Positions 34,681 to 44,177 of a DNA stretch of 46,683 bases are shown here, piece after piece. The first letter of the stretch is position 1. Each line of letters begins with the position of its first letter. Below the pieces are notes generated by a model. The model was not told the origin of the DNA and did no database searches. It was given only the letters and a program-made list of their open reading frames with translations. The translations under genes and the position numbers were made by a program. The stretch comes from Candidatus Woesearchaeota archaeon (GTDB lineage Archaea > Nanobdellota > Nanobdellia > Pacearchaeales > GW2011-AR1), in contig CAZHCL010000005.1 in NCBI GenBank assembly GCA_964530955.1, positions 1 through 46,683 on the forward strand. Reading direction: 5' to 3'.

Positions 34681-35421
34681 TTAAAGATTAGTATTATGAA
34701 GCCTACGAAGAAGAAATATTAATCCTGCTAGAAGAATGAAAGTTATAAATCCGTAAAATAGACCATTTCTTAGAGAATTATCTTTTGTTGAATAATTGTA
34801 GCTATTGTTGACAGCATCAGTTGTCTTATTATTGAGAATTATCTTTTCGCTTTGATGTGGCTGTGAAGATAAATTGGAATGAATTTGCGAATTAATAATG
34901 TTAATTGAATGATTATTAGAGATTATATTTTGAGATTCGGATTGATTAGTTGACGAATCTAAGGAGATTGACGAGTTAACTCTATCATCTAATTGCTCTT
35001 CGGTATTAGGTTCTGCTTCTTGCCTTTCATTGACTGTTATCTCAATTTCCTTGCAGAGTTCTGAAAAGGAAGATGCGCCTGATTTTCTGAGTCTTACACA
35101 TATTTGCTCTGTTTTTTGTTCAGATAAATTCTTAACAACTTTAATAGGGTAAGTTGTTTGAGAGGGAAAAGCTCCAACAAGGTAATTCCAAGGATTTTTC
35201 CAGGAATCTTCAAATTTTATCTGAGAAACTATATCGGACTGAGTTATTTTACTATCTGAAGAGTTATGAATAAATACTTTTACATCGTAGGTATCGGGTG
35301 TATCTGCTGAAATAGAAACATCAAACTCATCATTTACTGTTACAGAATCTGGAGAAGTAAAATTAAACTGCAGAGCACTTGTAAGTGAAGATAATATAAT
35401 AATTAAAGAGCTAATAGCCAT
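34681..35421 (-). CDS. Secreted, C-terminally anchored protein with a Ser/Asn-rich stalk
   Basis: Start set at ATG 35421 (signal peptide MAISSLIIILSSLTSA, overlapping the nuclease stop); C-terminal TM LFYGFITFILLAGLIFLL. Confidence 0.72.
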   Translation of the reverse strand: MAISSLIIILSSLTSALQFNFTSPDSVTVNDEFDVSISADTPDTYDVKVFIHNSSDSKITQSDIVSQIKFEDSWKNPWNYLVGAFPSQTTYPIKVVKNLSEQKTEQICVRLRKSGASSFSELCKEIEITVNERQEAEPNTEEQLDDRVNSSISLDSSTNQSESQNIISNNHSINIINSQIHSNLSSQPHQSEKIILNNKTTDAVNNSYNYSTKDNSLRNGLFYGFITFILLAGLIFLLRRLHNTNL

Positions 35422-36154
35422 AATCGTGAGAATGAACGATTTTTCCTTCTGAATCAAAGAGGTATAATGTGTCTCGGTCATCGTTCCATATGTTCTGGTT
35501 TGAATTCCAGAAATAATCTGTTTCATTATCTTTGCCCACTCCGGTATGGATAATCAGCTTATCTTTAATAGAACTTTTGAAGACATAAATCTTTCTACTC
35601 TCATCTTTTAGCATCCATCCCGATAAATTTATTTCATTACATGTATTTGAGATGGTTACAATCTCTTTTTTGCTGTCAATTTTAGAATTAAAACATCCAA
35701 AATAATCTGATTTCTTCCAGATTCCATAGGAGTTGTTTATTGCTTTTGCTTCCGCATTTGAAAATAATTTAAGCTCTGAACTATCTACTAAGAACTTTGA
35801 AGCAAATCCATCTTGAACAATCAATAAATTAAGATAATCGGGAGAATAGAGTCTGGCAAGATTTCTGAAATACTTGTCGGTTCCTGTTATTTCTATCTGT
35901 ATGCTTGAGTTTTCATATTGTTTCAAAAAAGAGGTTGACTCTGCTGAACCTGGCTTGCCTTTTTCAGGAGAGTTAATATTTAGCAGTCGGACTATTCTTC
36001 CGTCTTCAAGTTGGATAGTATCTCCGTCTATGACTCTTATCACTACTACTGTCTCTTTGTCTGAATCTTTATTAATTAAACTGAAAAGAAATGTATCTGA
36101 TGCTATAATTATTGTCAAAATTACGGATATTAGCAAAGCATATTTCTTATCCAT
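35411..36154 (-). CDS. Membrane-anchored thermonuclease (SNase) with lamin-tail domain
   Basis: N-terminal TM; RVIDGDT, VRLLNINSPE, DKYFR.LA; LTD INLSGWMLKD, HTG.G, IWNDDRDTLYLFD..G. Confidence 0.88.
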   Translation of the reverse strand: MDKKYALLISVILTIIIASDTFLFSLINKDSDKETVVVIRVIDGDTIQLEDGRIVRLLNINSPEKGKPGSAESTSFLKQYENSSIQIEITGTDKYFRNLARLYSPDYLNLLIVQDGFASKFLVDSSELKLFSNAEAKAINNSYGIWKKSDYFGCFNSKIDSKKEIVTISNTCNEINLSGWMLKDESRKIYVFKSSIKDKLIIHTGVGKDNETDYFWNSNQNIWNDDRDTLYLFDSEGKIVHSHDYGY

Positions 36155-36157
36155 TTA

Positions 36158-36643
36158 TCACAGGGCAAGGATGAGCTTGCTGCAATTAAGAGAATCAATA
36201 TATTTTTTCAAATCTTTATTTTTTATTTCTAGAGTTTCAGTGTTAATATTTGGATGACTTCCTATTATTTCTGCATCCCAAACTTCTTTGTCAATGATTA
36301 AAGTAGTGCTCTTGTTTTTTGAATTAATCATTCCAAAAATTGAAACGCTCCCGGGAGTTAAATTGAGTTCTGATTTCAGTTCTTCTGGGGAGGCAAATTC
36401 AAGATTTTTAACATTTAACTCCGATTTTAGTTTTTTCATGTCAAGTTTTTTTTCTCCGGGCAGACAAACAAGATAAAATTTTCCTTCGTTATCCTTAAGA
36501 AAAAGGTTTTTTGTCCTTACTCCCGGTATTTTCTGAATATCTTTGTTATTTTTTCCTTGCTCGACTGTGAATATTGCTTCGTGTTCATGAACTTTATAGG
36601 TTATATTATATTTTAACAGATAATCTTTCAGATATTTCTCCAT
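36158..36643 (-). CDS. YbaK/ProX(PrdX) aminoacyl-tRNA deacylase
   Basis: H.AIFTVE, TKNLFLKD, LEFAS.EEL..L.LTPGSVSIFG, HPN.NT.T. Confidence 0.9.
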   Translation of the reverse strand: MEKYLKDYLLKYNITYKVHEHEAIFTVEQGKNNKDIQKIPGVRTKNLFLKDNEGKFYLVCLPGEKKLDMKKLKSELNVKNLEFASPEELKSELNLTPGSVSIFGMINSKNKSTTLIIDKEVWDAEIIGSHPNINTETLEIKNKDLKKYIDSLNCSKLILAL

Positions 36644-36721
36644 GAATTTTCTTATATTGAGTAATTAATATATTTTATCATTATAGAATAATTTATATAA
36701 CTGATATTTCCATTATCTGGA

Positions 36722-37675
36722 ATGAAAAAGGAAAATAATTCATCCTATGATTTTGCAATCGTTGGAGCTGGAGTGGCTGGAATGGCTGCTGCAATGTATG
36801 GTGCAAGATTAGGAATGAAAACCCTATGTCTTGGTTCAAGCCATGGTTCAGAACTGCCTCTTGGAGGAGTAATAACGACCACAAATATTGTTGAGAATTA
36901 TCCTGGATTTATCAAGCTGACTGGAACAGAACTTGCGGATAAAATAAGAGAACATGCTCTTTCCTATGAGCTTGTGACTTTGAAGGAAGAGAAAGTTCAG
37001 AAAATAGAGAAAAAAGATTCTGAATTTCTGATTAAAACGGAAAAAGAAGAGTATGTTGCAAAAACAATTCTTTTTGCTACTGGAACAAAATGGAAAAAAC
37101 TTGATGTTCCGGGCTCTAAAGAATTTGAAAACAGAGGAGTTGCCTACTGCGCACTTTGTGATTCTCCTCTTTATAGAAACAAAGTTGCTGCGGTGGTTGG
37201 AGGAAGTGATTCCGCTGCAAAAGATGCTCTAGTACTTGCAGAGCATGCTAAAAAAGTGTATATTATTTACAGAAAGGACAAGATAAGAGCGGAGCCAATA
37301 AATATGAAAAGAATAGAGGCAAACAAAAAAATTGAAATTATAAATAATGCGAATATAATCGAGATTAGGGGAGATTCTTCATTGAAAAAAGTTATTTTAG
37401 ACAGAGAATTTAATGGAAGCAAAGAGCTTCCTTTGGATGGAGTATTTATTGCAATAGGGCACATACCTTTATCTGACCTTGCCAAAAGTATTGGAGTTAA
37501 GACAAATGAAAAAGATGAAATAATAATGAATCACAAGACTTCTGAGACTAGTGTCTCTGGAGTTTATTCTGCAGGAGATGTTGCAGACAAGCCATTTAAG
37601 CAGGCAATAACTGGAGTTGCGGAGGGATGCACTGCTGCTTATTCTGCTTTTGAATATATCTCCAGGAATATCTAA
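36722..37675 (+). CDS. trxB: Thioredoxin-disulfide reductase
   Basis: IVGAGVAG, VENYPG, YCALCD, VVGGSDSA, GVFIAIG, AGDV...FKQAIT. Confidence 0.93.
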   Translation: MKKENNSSYDFAIVGAGVAGMAAAMYGARLGMKTLCLGSSHGSELPLGGVITTTNIVENYPGFIKLTGTELADKIREHALSYELVTLKEEKVQKIEKKDSEFLIKTEKEEYVAKTILFATGTKWKKLDVPGSKEFENRGVAYCALCDSPLYRNKVAAVVGGSDSAAKDALVLAEHAKKVYIIYRKDKIRAEPINMKRIEANKKIEIINNANIIEIRGDSSLKKVILDREFNGSKELPLDGVFIAIGHIPLSDLAKSIGVKTNEKDEIIMNHKTSETSVSGVYSAGDVADKPFKQAITGVAEGCTAAYSAFEYISRNI

Positions 37676-37736
37676 ACTTATCTTTGCAGAAAGGTATAAA
37701 AACAGAACGTTCTTTGCTAAATAGTAGAGGTATTAG

Positions 37737-39509
37737 ATGAAAAACAATAAAGTTCTGATTTATGTTTCGGTTATCTCAGTATTATTTTTGGTTTTTTCCC
37801 TGACTGCTGCATCTGCTTTTAGTCTGCCAGGTTTTATAAAAAATATGTTTAGTAGTCAAAGGGTGACTGGAAATTCGGTATCTGACCCCGTAGTTATATT
37901 TCAGGATATGTTTTTAGGCAACACAATATCAAGTGACTGGAACCTTTGGAGAATGCAGTTTGGTCAGGACAATAATGATCTAGTTACACTTCCGGCCTAT
38001 AAAGTTGGATTTTATTATATGCTAAGCGGAAGATCAGCCATAGCTCTCACGCACATTGGAGATACGACCTGGAATAATTATACTGTTGAAGCTGCAATTG
38101 AAAATCTTCCTGCTGGTGGATATAATCCAGGGGCTACATCTCCCTGCTACCGAGGCTCAGGTATAATGTTCAGGGTAGTTAATGCTTCTGAAAATTGGAA
38201 TTATCCAGAGAATGATTTTTACACTTTCTTCCTTGAAACTAGAGACTGTAGCGGGTGGTCTACAAAAGGAAATTGGGTAATTCAGAAGGATAGAGGTTAT
38301 TGGATTCCTGGACATGGATGGAGCGATAACAATAGTGGGAGCAGCGAAACACTTTCATCGGGAAATATAGCTAGTTTTACAAACGACGGAATTAATGATA
38401 TTAAAATAACTGCTGTGGGAAATAACTTTGCTGTATGGGTAAATGGCAATTTGGTCAAATCATTTACAGATAATCAAAATGCTTTAAACTACGGCGGTGT
38501 TGGAGCCACCTGGGGTTGGGATTCAATGGGAAAACTCCATAATATAACTGTAACCAGTGCATCCTCGGATGATTTACCTCCATCTCCACCTCTTTCCCTT
38601 TCTCTTTGTAAGGATAGTGATGGAATTAATTATTACAATCAGGGTAATGTTTCATCAAATAATGCAATTTATTATGATACTTGCACAAATGCCAGTACAT
38701 TACAAGAGTTTTATTGTGTTGGAAATAATTACAGGTCTGTAAATTATCAATGCCAGTATGGTTGCGTAAGCGGAGCATGTTTGAATTCTTCTTCTAGTAA
38801 TTCAAGTGTTCTGACTTGCAACGATACTGATGGAGGATTAAATTATTATGTTCCTGGAAGTGCTAAAGGTATTCCTTCTCTTGTAATTAAACTGAATGTT
38901 ACAATCACGTTGCCTGATACTTGCGTAAACTCTACTTTATTGTCTGAAGCGGAATGCTACAATGGTTATGTATTGCCTTACAAATATAGTTGCCCATACG
39001 GGTGTATAAATAACAGCAATGGGCTTGGAAGTTGCGCCTATGGAAATCCTGCTTCTAGTAATTCGACAGTTAATGTCTCATCTCTAAACAATACAAATGT
39101 AGGAAATTCAACGTTGGTAACTGAAAATGTCAGTTTGAACTCTTCTTCTAACAATGCAACCATTCCCGCAAACCAAACAACAAGTGCAAACAATACTAAC
39201 TCGAGTTCTCAATCCCCATCGCAATCAATAAATCAATGCACGATTGGAAACAGAACCAATGCGCAGTACTGTGATATCAATGGTACATTTGAGAAGCAAA
39301 AGAATGATAGCTCCAGCTGCCAGAAGAACTATGAGTGCTTGAGCAACTTCTGCATATCTGGAAAATGCACTACCGTGACTTCTTCTTCGGGAGGACAGGC
39401 AGGTGTGGTGAGAAGTATTGTAATCAATGTATTATGCAGGTTTGCAAATATTATAAGAAAAGAGAACTATAATTCTTGCATTGTCAGATACCTTGGGAGC
39501 AAGAATTAA
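37737..39509 (+). CDS. Secreted Cys-rich surface protein with a concanavalin/DUF1080-like beta-sandwich and two C.D(S/T)DG repeats
   Basis: Signal peptide; WNNYTVEA, GIMFRV, DIKITAVGNNFAVWVNG.LV.SFTD...YGGVG; repeats at 38607-38780 and 38817-39035; C-terminal QK....C..NYECLSNFC..GKC; SD GAGGT. Confidence 0.75.
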   Translation: MKNNKVLIYVSVISVLFLVFSLTAASAFSLPGFIKNMFSSQRVTGNSVSDPVVIFQDMFLGNTISSDWNLWRMQFGQDNNDLVTLPAYKVGFYYMLSGRSAIALTHIGDTTWNNYTVEAAIENLPAGGYNPGATSPCYRGSGIMFRVVNASENWNYPENDFYTFFLETRDCSGWSTKGNWVIQKDRGYWIPGHGWSDNNSGSSETLSSGNIASFTNDGINDIKITAVGNNFAVWVNGNLVKSFTDNQNALNYGGVGATWGWDSMGKLHNITVTSASSDDLPPSPPLSLSLCKDSDGINYYNQGNVSSNNAIYYDTCTNASTLQEFYCVGNNYRSVNYQCQYGCVSGACLNSSSSNSSVLTCNDTDGGLNYYVPGSAKGIPSLVIKLNVTITLPDTCVNSTLLSEAECYNGYVLPYKYSCPYGCINNSNGLGSCAYGNPASSNSTVNVSSLNNTNVGNSTLVTENVSLNSSSNNATIPANQTTSANNTNSSSQSPSQSINQCTIGNRTNAQYCDINGTFEKQKNDSSSCQKNYECLSNFCISGKCTTVTSSSGGQAGVVRSIVINVLCRFANIIRKENYNSCIVRYLGSKN

Positions 39510-39557
39510 ATATTATCTATAGATTAAGTTTTTAAATTGGGATTTGCTACTAAACCC

Positions 39558-40037
39558 ATGCTTAGCAATAAAAAGGGGCTCTCTCCAGTAATTGCGACTA
39601 CCTTGCTTATTTTGGTGGCAGTTATTCTGGCAGCAATAATATTTTGGTGGATAAGAACTTTTGTTCAGGAAAGCGTTCAGAAAAATCTTGGAGGAGGACC
39701 TGAACCAATCCAAAATTTCTGTCCTGATGTAAAATTTAATGCAGATGTTTCTGATGGAACTATAACTGTGCAAAATAACGGGCAGGTTCCTATTTATGGA
39801 GTAGAAGTCAAGCAAAAAGGATTTGCTTCTCTGAAAAGTATAGGTGAAGCGACTGACTCTTCCCTGGCTATCAAGACAGGAGAAACTTATACATTTTCTT
39901 CGGCCGAATATTCTGGAAGTCCGCTCACTGGTGCTGGAAGCTTGACGATAATTCCTATCCTTCTCGGGGAGTCGGGCTCTTCTCAGAAAGCATATCCATG
40001 TGATACTAGTTATGGAGTGCCTGTAACTGCCGCCTAA
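39558..40037 (+). CDS. Archaeal type IV pilin
   Basis: Class III signal KKG/LSPVIATTLLILVAVILA; start moved from TTG 39537 to ATG 39558 (TTTTTAAA box at 39529). Confidence 0.88.
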   Translation: MLSNKKGLSPVIATTLLILVAVILAAIIFWWIRTFVQESVQKNLGGGPEPIQNFCPDVKFNADVSDGTITVQNNGQVPIYGVEVKQKGFASLKSIGEATDSSLAIKTGETYTFSSAEYSGSPLTGAGSLTIIPILLGESGSSQKAYPCDTSYGVPVTAA

Positions 40038-40046
40038 TTTGATAAC

Positions 40047-40643
40047 ATGATGAAAAATTTATTTAAAAAAAACAGAAGAGGAATTTCAAATGTCGTTGCA
40101 ACTGTCCTCCTAATTCTTCTGACGGTGGCAGCAGTGGCTGCATTAATCAGTTTCCTAAGGCCTTTTGTGCATGATAATCTTCAGAAAAGTACTGAGTGTA
40201 TTCCTTATCAAGGATATTACACATTTCAGGAAAATTTCGTAAATGAGAGCGGAACATACAATTTCAATTGTTACATGCCTTCGGGAAGCAATAATCTTAT
40301 TGGTGCAACAATAAGTTCTGGAACAAACTTAACACAGGACCAAATGGAAAATCTTGCTGGTTTCTCTCTTGTTTTTAGGAATGATAACGGGCAGTCAAGC
40401 ACTATAAATGTTGCTAATGGAAAGTCAAGCAATAATTCTCTTGGAGGAATATGGCGAATTGACAGCCCCGGCGCAACAACTCTCTCAATTAATGGACCTG
40501 GAGATACTTTAACATATGTTTACAATACGAGCAACTTTTATACTGACGCGGGCCTTTATGTTGTATTGAAATCGGGAAGAGTTTGCGATAGTCCCGATAC
40601 AATAAAGCTCCAACAATGCGGAACGGGAGTTGTTTTAGGATGA
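40047..40643 (+). CDS. Archaeal type IV pilin
   Basis: Class III signal RRG/ISNVVATVLLILLTVAAVA; four Cys. Confidence 0.88.
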   Translation: MMKNLFKKNRRGISNVVATVLLILLTVAAVAALISFLRPFVHDNLQKSTECIPYQGYYTFQENFVNESGTYNFNCYMPSGSNNLIGATISSGTNLTQDQMENLAGFSLVFRNDNGQSSTINVANGKSSNNSLGGIWRIDSPGATTLSINGPGDTLTYVYNTSNFYTDAGLYVVLKSGRVCDSPDTIKLQQCGTGVVLG

Positions 40644-41152
40644 AATTTCAGAGAATTGGACAGGTTTGGATAGAGACCGTTCTTTACACAATAATTGGTC
40701 TTGCTTTGATTGGACTTGTTCTGTCATTCGTCATGCCGAAAATCAATCAATCTAAAGACAACTTAGTTGTTTCACAAAGCATAGACACCATGAAGCAACT
40801 AGATTCAAGTATAAATGAGGTTGTGCAACAGCAGGGAGATATAAAAAAAATAAATATTAATGTTGGAAGAGGATACCTTTATATTAATGCAAGCAGTGGA
40901 GATATTTCATTAGTTATTAATGATTTGACCTCTCTTTATTCAGAGTCCAATGTGACTCTCGTAGATGGAAATTTGCAGATATTGAGTATGAAAGGACAGA
41001 AAACTGATTCGGTTTACCTTACTTTAAACTATCCCTATAATATAACTTATAACGGAAAAAACACGGAAAACAAGATAACTGCTGCCCCCATTCCCTACTC
41101 TTTCTATATAGAAAACAAGGGTAATAACCAGATAGATATAAGCAGTGTTTAA
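40640..41152 (+). CDS. Pilin-like protein (GQ..E+5 type)
   Basis: MKFQRIG/QVWIETVLYTIIGLALIGLVL; start set at ATG 40640 (ATGA overlap). Confidence 0.8.
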   Translation: MKFQRIGQVWIETVLYTIIGLALIGLVLSFVMPKINQSKDNLVVSQSIDTMKQLDSSINEVVQQQGDIKKININVGRGYLYINASSGDISLVINDLTSLYSESNVTLVDGNLQILSMKGQKTDSVYLTLNYPYNITYNGKNTENKITAAPIPYSFYIENKGNNQIDISSV

Positions 41153-41188
41153 GAAAACCTTTATAAGGTTGCCTATTCTTTTTACTTC

Positions 41189-42718
41189 ATGGCAATAGTA
41201 ATAAATACTAACCCTGCCATCCCTGCGCTGCCGAGAGTAGATGATAAAAAAAAGATAAATGTGAGGTATATGCTTATTCCTCCCTATGCGTCTGCGCATA
41301 TATACTGGGATGAAAATATAAATGAGTTGGTCTATGATATAGAAGAGCCTTTATTGCAGGACTATGAAAAAGAGGCTCTCGAAAAACTTGAAGATGCTAT
41401 GCTTGAACTTATAAATATTAATGTGGCTGTTGAAAATACTTTAGAGGCGACAACAGAATATATAGACAAGACAGCAAGACTTCTAATTTCTGAATTGAAT
41501 CTGAAAATAGGAAAGGACACTTATACCAGAATATTTTATTATTTATTCAGAGACTTTATAGGGTTAAACGAGGTTGATCCCTTGCTTAGAGATTATTTTA
41601 TAGAAGATATTGAATGCAATGGAGTCAATACTCCAGTTTATGTTGTTCATAGAGTTTATAGAAACTTAAGAACTAACTTGAATTACAGAGATATTGAGAA
41701 GCTTGCCAGTTTCATTGAGAAGCTTGCCCAAAGAACTGGAAGATATGTTTCTTACGCTCAGCCTTTACTTGATGGAACTCTCCCTGATGGCTCAAGAGTT
41801 AATGCCACCTATACAAAAGATGTTACTTCAAGAGGTCCGACATTTACAATCCGTAAATTTACAAAAATACCTTGGACTCCAACGCAGCTTATAGGTCTTA
41901 ATACCGTAAGTCCTGAAATGCTTGCTTATTTTTGGATACTTATACAATATAAATCAAGCATATTGATATCTGGAGGAACTGCTTCGGGAAAGACAACTTT
42001 GCTAAATGCGCTTGCTTTTTTCATACCTCCTGAAGCGAGAGTTGTTTCAATTGAAGATACAAGAGAAATAAATCTTCCAAGAGAAAATTGGCTTCCTGCT
42101 GTTGCCAGAACTTCAATAGGAGTTGGAAAAGTAGGAGAAGTAGACTTATTTGACATACTTAAAAATTCTTTTAGACAGAATCCTGATTATTTAATTGTCG
42201 GAGAAGTAAGAGGAAAAGAAGCTTCTGTGCTTTTCCAGGGAATGGCATCTGGTCACGCATCCATAAGCACAATGCACGCTGATTCTATAGACACTTTAAT
42301 AAGAAGACTGCAAACACCTCCTATAGATTTGTCCCCTACTCTTGTAAATTCTCTTGACTGCGTTGCTATTGCAACACATGCTCTTGTTAATAAACGAGAA
42401 ACAAGAAAATTGAAAGAGGTTGTAGAAGTGGTTAATGTCAATAGAGATGGAACTGCTTTAATCAATACGCCTCTTCTTTGGGACCCTTCAAAAGATGTTT
42501 TCTATTACAAAAAACAGAGCAAAGTCTTTGAGAGGATTTCTGCAAAACAAGGAGTTCCACTTGAAAAACTACAGAGAGAGTTTGTAACGCGAGCAAAGCT
42601 TCTTTATGAAATGTATAAGCAAAAAGTTTTCGGATTTGAAGATGTTCAGAAAATAATAAATGACTATTACAAAAATCCGGTGGAAGTACTTCAAAAATAT
42701 AATATAATAGAGGGATGA
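41189..42718 (+). CDS. Type IV pilus assembly ATPase (FlaI/TadA/VirB11 family)
   Basis: IEDIECNG, DGTLPDGSRV, TIRKF, Walker A GGTASGKTT, SIEDTRE, Walker B LIVGEVRG, His box GHASISTMHA; TTTATAAG box at 41160. Confidence 0.95.
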   Translation: MAIVINTNPAIPALPRVDDKKKINVRYMLIPPYASAHIYWDENINELVYDIEEPLLQDYEKEALEKLEDAMLELININVAVENTLEATTEYIDKTARLLISELNLKIGKDTYTRIFYYLFRDFIGLNEVDPLLRDYFIEDIECNGVNTPVYVVHRVYRNLRTNLNYRDIEKLASFIEKLAQRTGRYVSYAQPLLDGTLPDGSRVNATYTKDVTSRGPTFTIRKFTKIPWTPTQLIGLNTVSPEMLAYFWILIQYKSSILISGGTASGKTTLLNALAFFIPPEARVVSIEDTREINLPRENWLPAVARTSIGVGKVGEVDLFDILKNSFRQNPDYLIVGEVRGKEASVLFQGMASGHASISTMHADSIDTLIRRLQTPPIDLSPTLVNSLDCVAIATHALVNKRETRKLKEVVEVVNVNRDGTALINTPLLWDPSKDVFYYKKQSKVFERISAKQGVPLEKLQREFVTRAKLLYEMYKQKVFGFEDVQKIINDYYKNPVEVLQKYNIIEG

Positions 42719-42719
42719 A

Positions 42720-42881
42720 ATGGAAAAAGAGGATATAACTCTCATGGCCCAGCTTCTTACTGGAATAAAAGATGCCATATCGAAGCTTCAGGATGCGGAG
42801 AAAAAGAAAGATATTGAGAAGCTTAATGCTGCTAAAAAAGAAATTCTTAGTTTTCAGGGGCAGATAGAGAAGTTACTATGA
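42720..42881 (+). CDS. 53-aa helical microprotein between the ATPase and platform genes (not in the ORF track)
   Basis: Read by hand: MEKEDITLMAQLLTGIKDAISKLQDAEKKKDIEKLNAAKKEILSFQGQIEKLL*; starts 1 nt after the ATPase stop, ATGA overlap with the next gene. Confidence 0.8.
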   Translation: MEKEDITLMAQLLTGIKDAISKLQDAEKKKDIEKLNAAKKEILSFQGQIEKLL

Positions 42882-44176
42882 TAGATGAGTTAAAACAAAA
42901 TATTGAAACTGAAATAGAGATACTCAGAGAGATATCAAATAATATGAGGAGACTGGATTATGCAAACTCTTCTGAAAGAAAACTTTTGATTGCCTCGATT
43001 GAGTCTTTGAAAAACAGCATGATGCTCATCAACTCATCAACTCCTAAACTTCTTAATGATATAGGAATTGTACAAAAACTTCCCAGAAAAGAACAGAATA
43101 CTTCTCTTGAAAAAATAGAGTTCAGGAGTGCAGATACATTATTTCAGGCGACTGTCCTTGCCAAGGATAGAGAAAGATTGCTTAAAGAATTGAGTATAAG
43201 CGATAGTCTTGTGAAAAAAATAAGAAAGAGGACATTGATTCCAGAAGAAAAATATGGTGAATTAAAATCTGCAAGAGGATATCTAAAATTTTCAAATATG
43301 TTATTCCTTGATTATGCACAGACACTTATACGCAAGGGAAGCTTCAAACCTCTGGCATTACAGATTAAAAAAGCAAACCTAGACTTATTGCTTGCTACCT
43401 ATATTGCAATGATTCTCTTGACAACTATAATATCATTTATCATTTCTCTTTTTGTCCTTGTATTTTTTGTGTTCTTCAGTTTACAGCTTACTCCCTGGTT
43501 TATAACTTTCTACACAGGAGATTTTCTTACTAGACTATTGGAAGTTATATGGATACCACTAGTAGTTCCAGTAATTACTTTCTTTGTTCTTTATTACTAT
43601 CCTTATACTGAGAAAAATTCCCTTTCGAATAAAATAAATAATGAACTTCCTTTTGCAGTTATACAAATGAGTGCAATATCTGGCTCGGGTATAGAACCTA
43701 GCGAGATATTCAAAATAATTGCAGTCACGAAGGAATATCCTTACTTGAGAAAAGAAGTAAGAAAAGTTCTGAATCAGATTAATATTTATGGATATGACTT
43801 AATTACTGCCCTAAGCAATGTATCAAAAAGCACATCAAGCACTAAACTGGCTGAGCTTTTTTCTGGACTTGCGACTACTATAACTTCGGGCAGTGACTTA
43901 CAAACTTTTTTTGAAAAAAGAGCTGAAGGACTCTTGACCACTTATCGACTTGAGAGAGAGAAATACACTACTCTTGCAGAAACATTTATGGATATTTACA
44001 TAAGCGTAGTTATAGCTGCTCCGATGATATTAATGATTTTATTGGTGATGATTGCAGTACTTAAAATAGATACGGGGTTCAGCATAGGGGGATTGACTGC
44101 AATTATGCTTAGCGCTATTGCTTTCGTTAATATAATATTCATTGGGATAATCCATATGAAACAACCTAAATATTAA
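42878..44176 (+). CDS. Type II secretion F / TadC-FlaJ-like platform protein with helical N-terminal extension
   Basis: I.NELPFAVIQMSAISGSG, GYDLITAL, SSTKLAELF.GL...I.SG, IYISVVIAAP; several TMs. Confidence 0.9.
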   Translation: MIDELKQNIETEIEILREISNNMRRLDYANSSERKLLIASIESLKNSMMLINSSTPKLLNDIGIVQKLPRKEQNTSLEKIEFRSADTLFQATVLAKDRERLLKELSISDSLVKKIRKRTLIPEEKYGELKSARGYLKFSNMLFLDYAQTLIRKGSFKPLALQIKKANLDLLLATYIAMILLTTIISFIISLFVLVFFVFFSLQLTPWFITFYTGDFLTRLLEVIWIPLVVPVITFFVLYYYPYTEKNSLSNKINNELPFAVIQMSAISGSGIEPSEIFKIIAVTKEYPYLRKEVRKVLNQINIYGYDLITALSNVSKSTSSTKLAELFSGLATTITSGSDLQTFFEKRAEGLLTTYRLEREKYTTLAETFMDIYISVVIAAPMILMILLVMIAVLKIDTGFSIGGLTAIMLSAIAFVNIIFIGIIHMKQPKY

Positions 44177-44177
44177 A

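Noticed and set aside
35422-35526. Longer N-termini in the ORF track for the 34681, 45065, 17764, 40616, 39537 and 411 genes
   Set aside because: They overlap neighbouring genes or promoters; shorter starts fit the 29-nt spacing, ATGA coupling or signal peptides better.
30148-39509. Diversity-generating retroelement acting on the surface proteins
   Set aside because: No reverse transcriptase and no near-identical TR/VR pair differing at adenines was seen; the repeats are diverged protein-level repeats.
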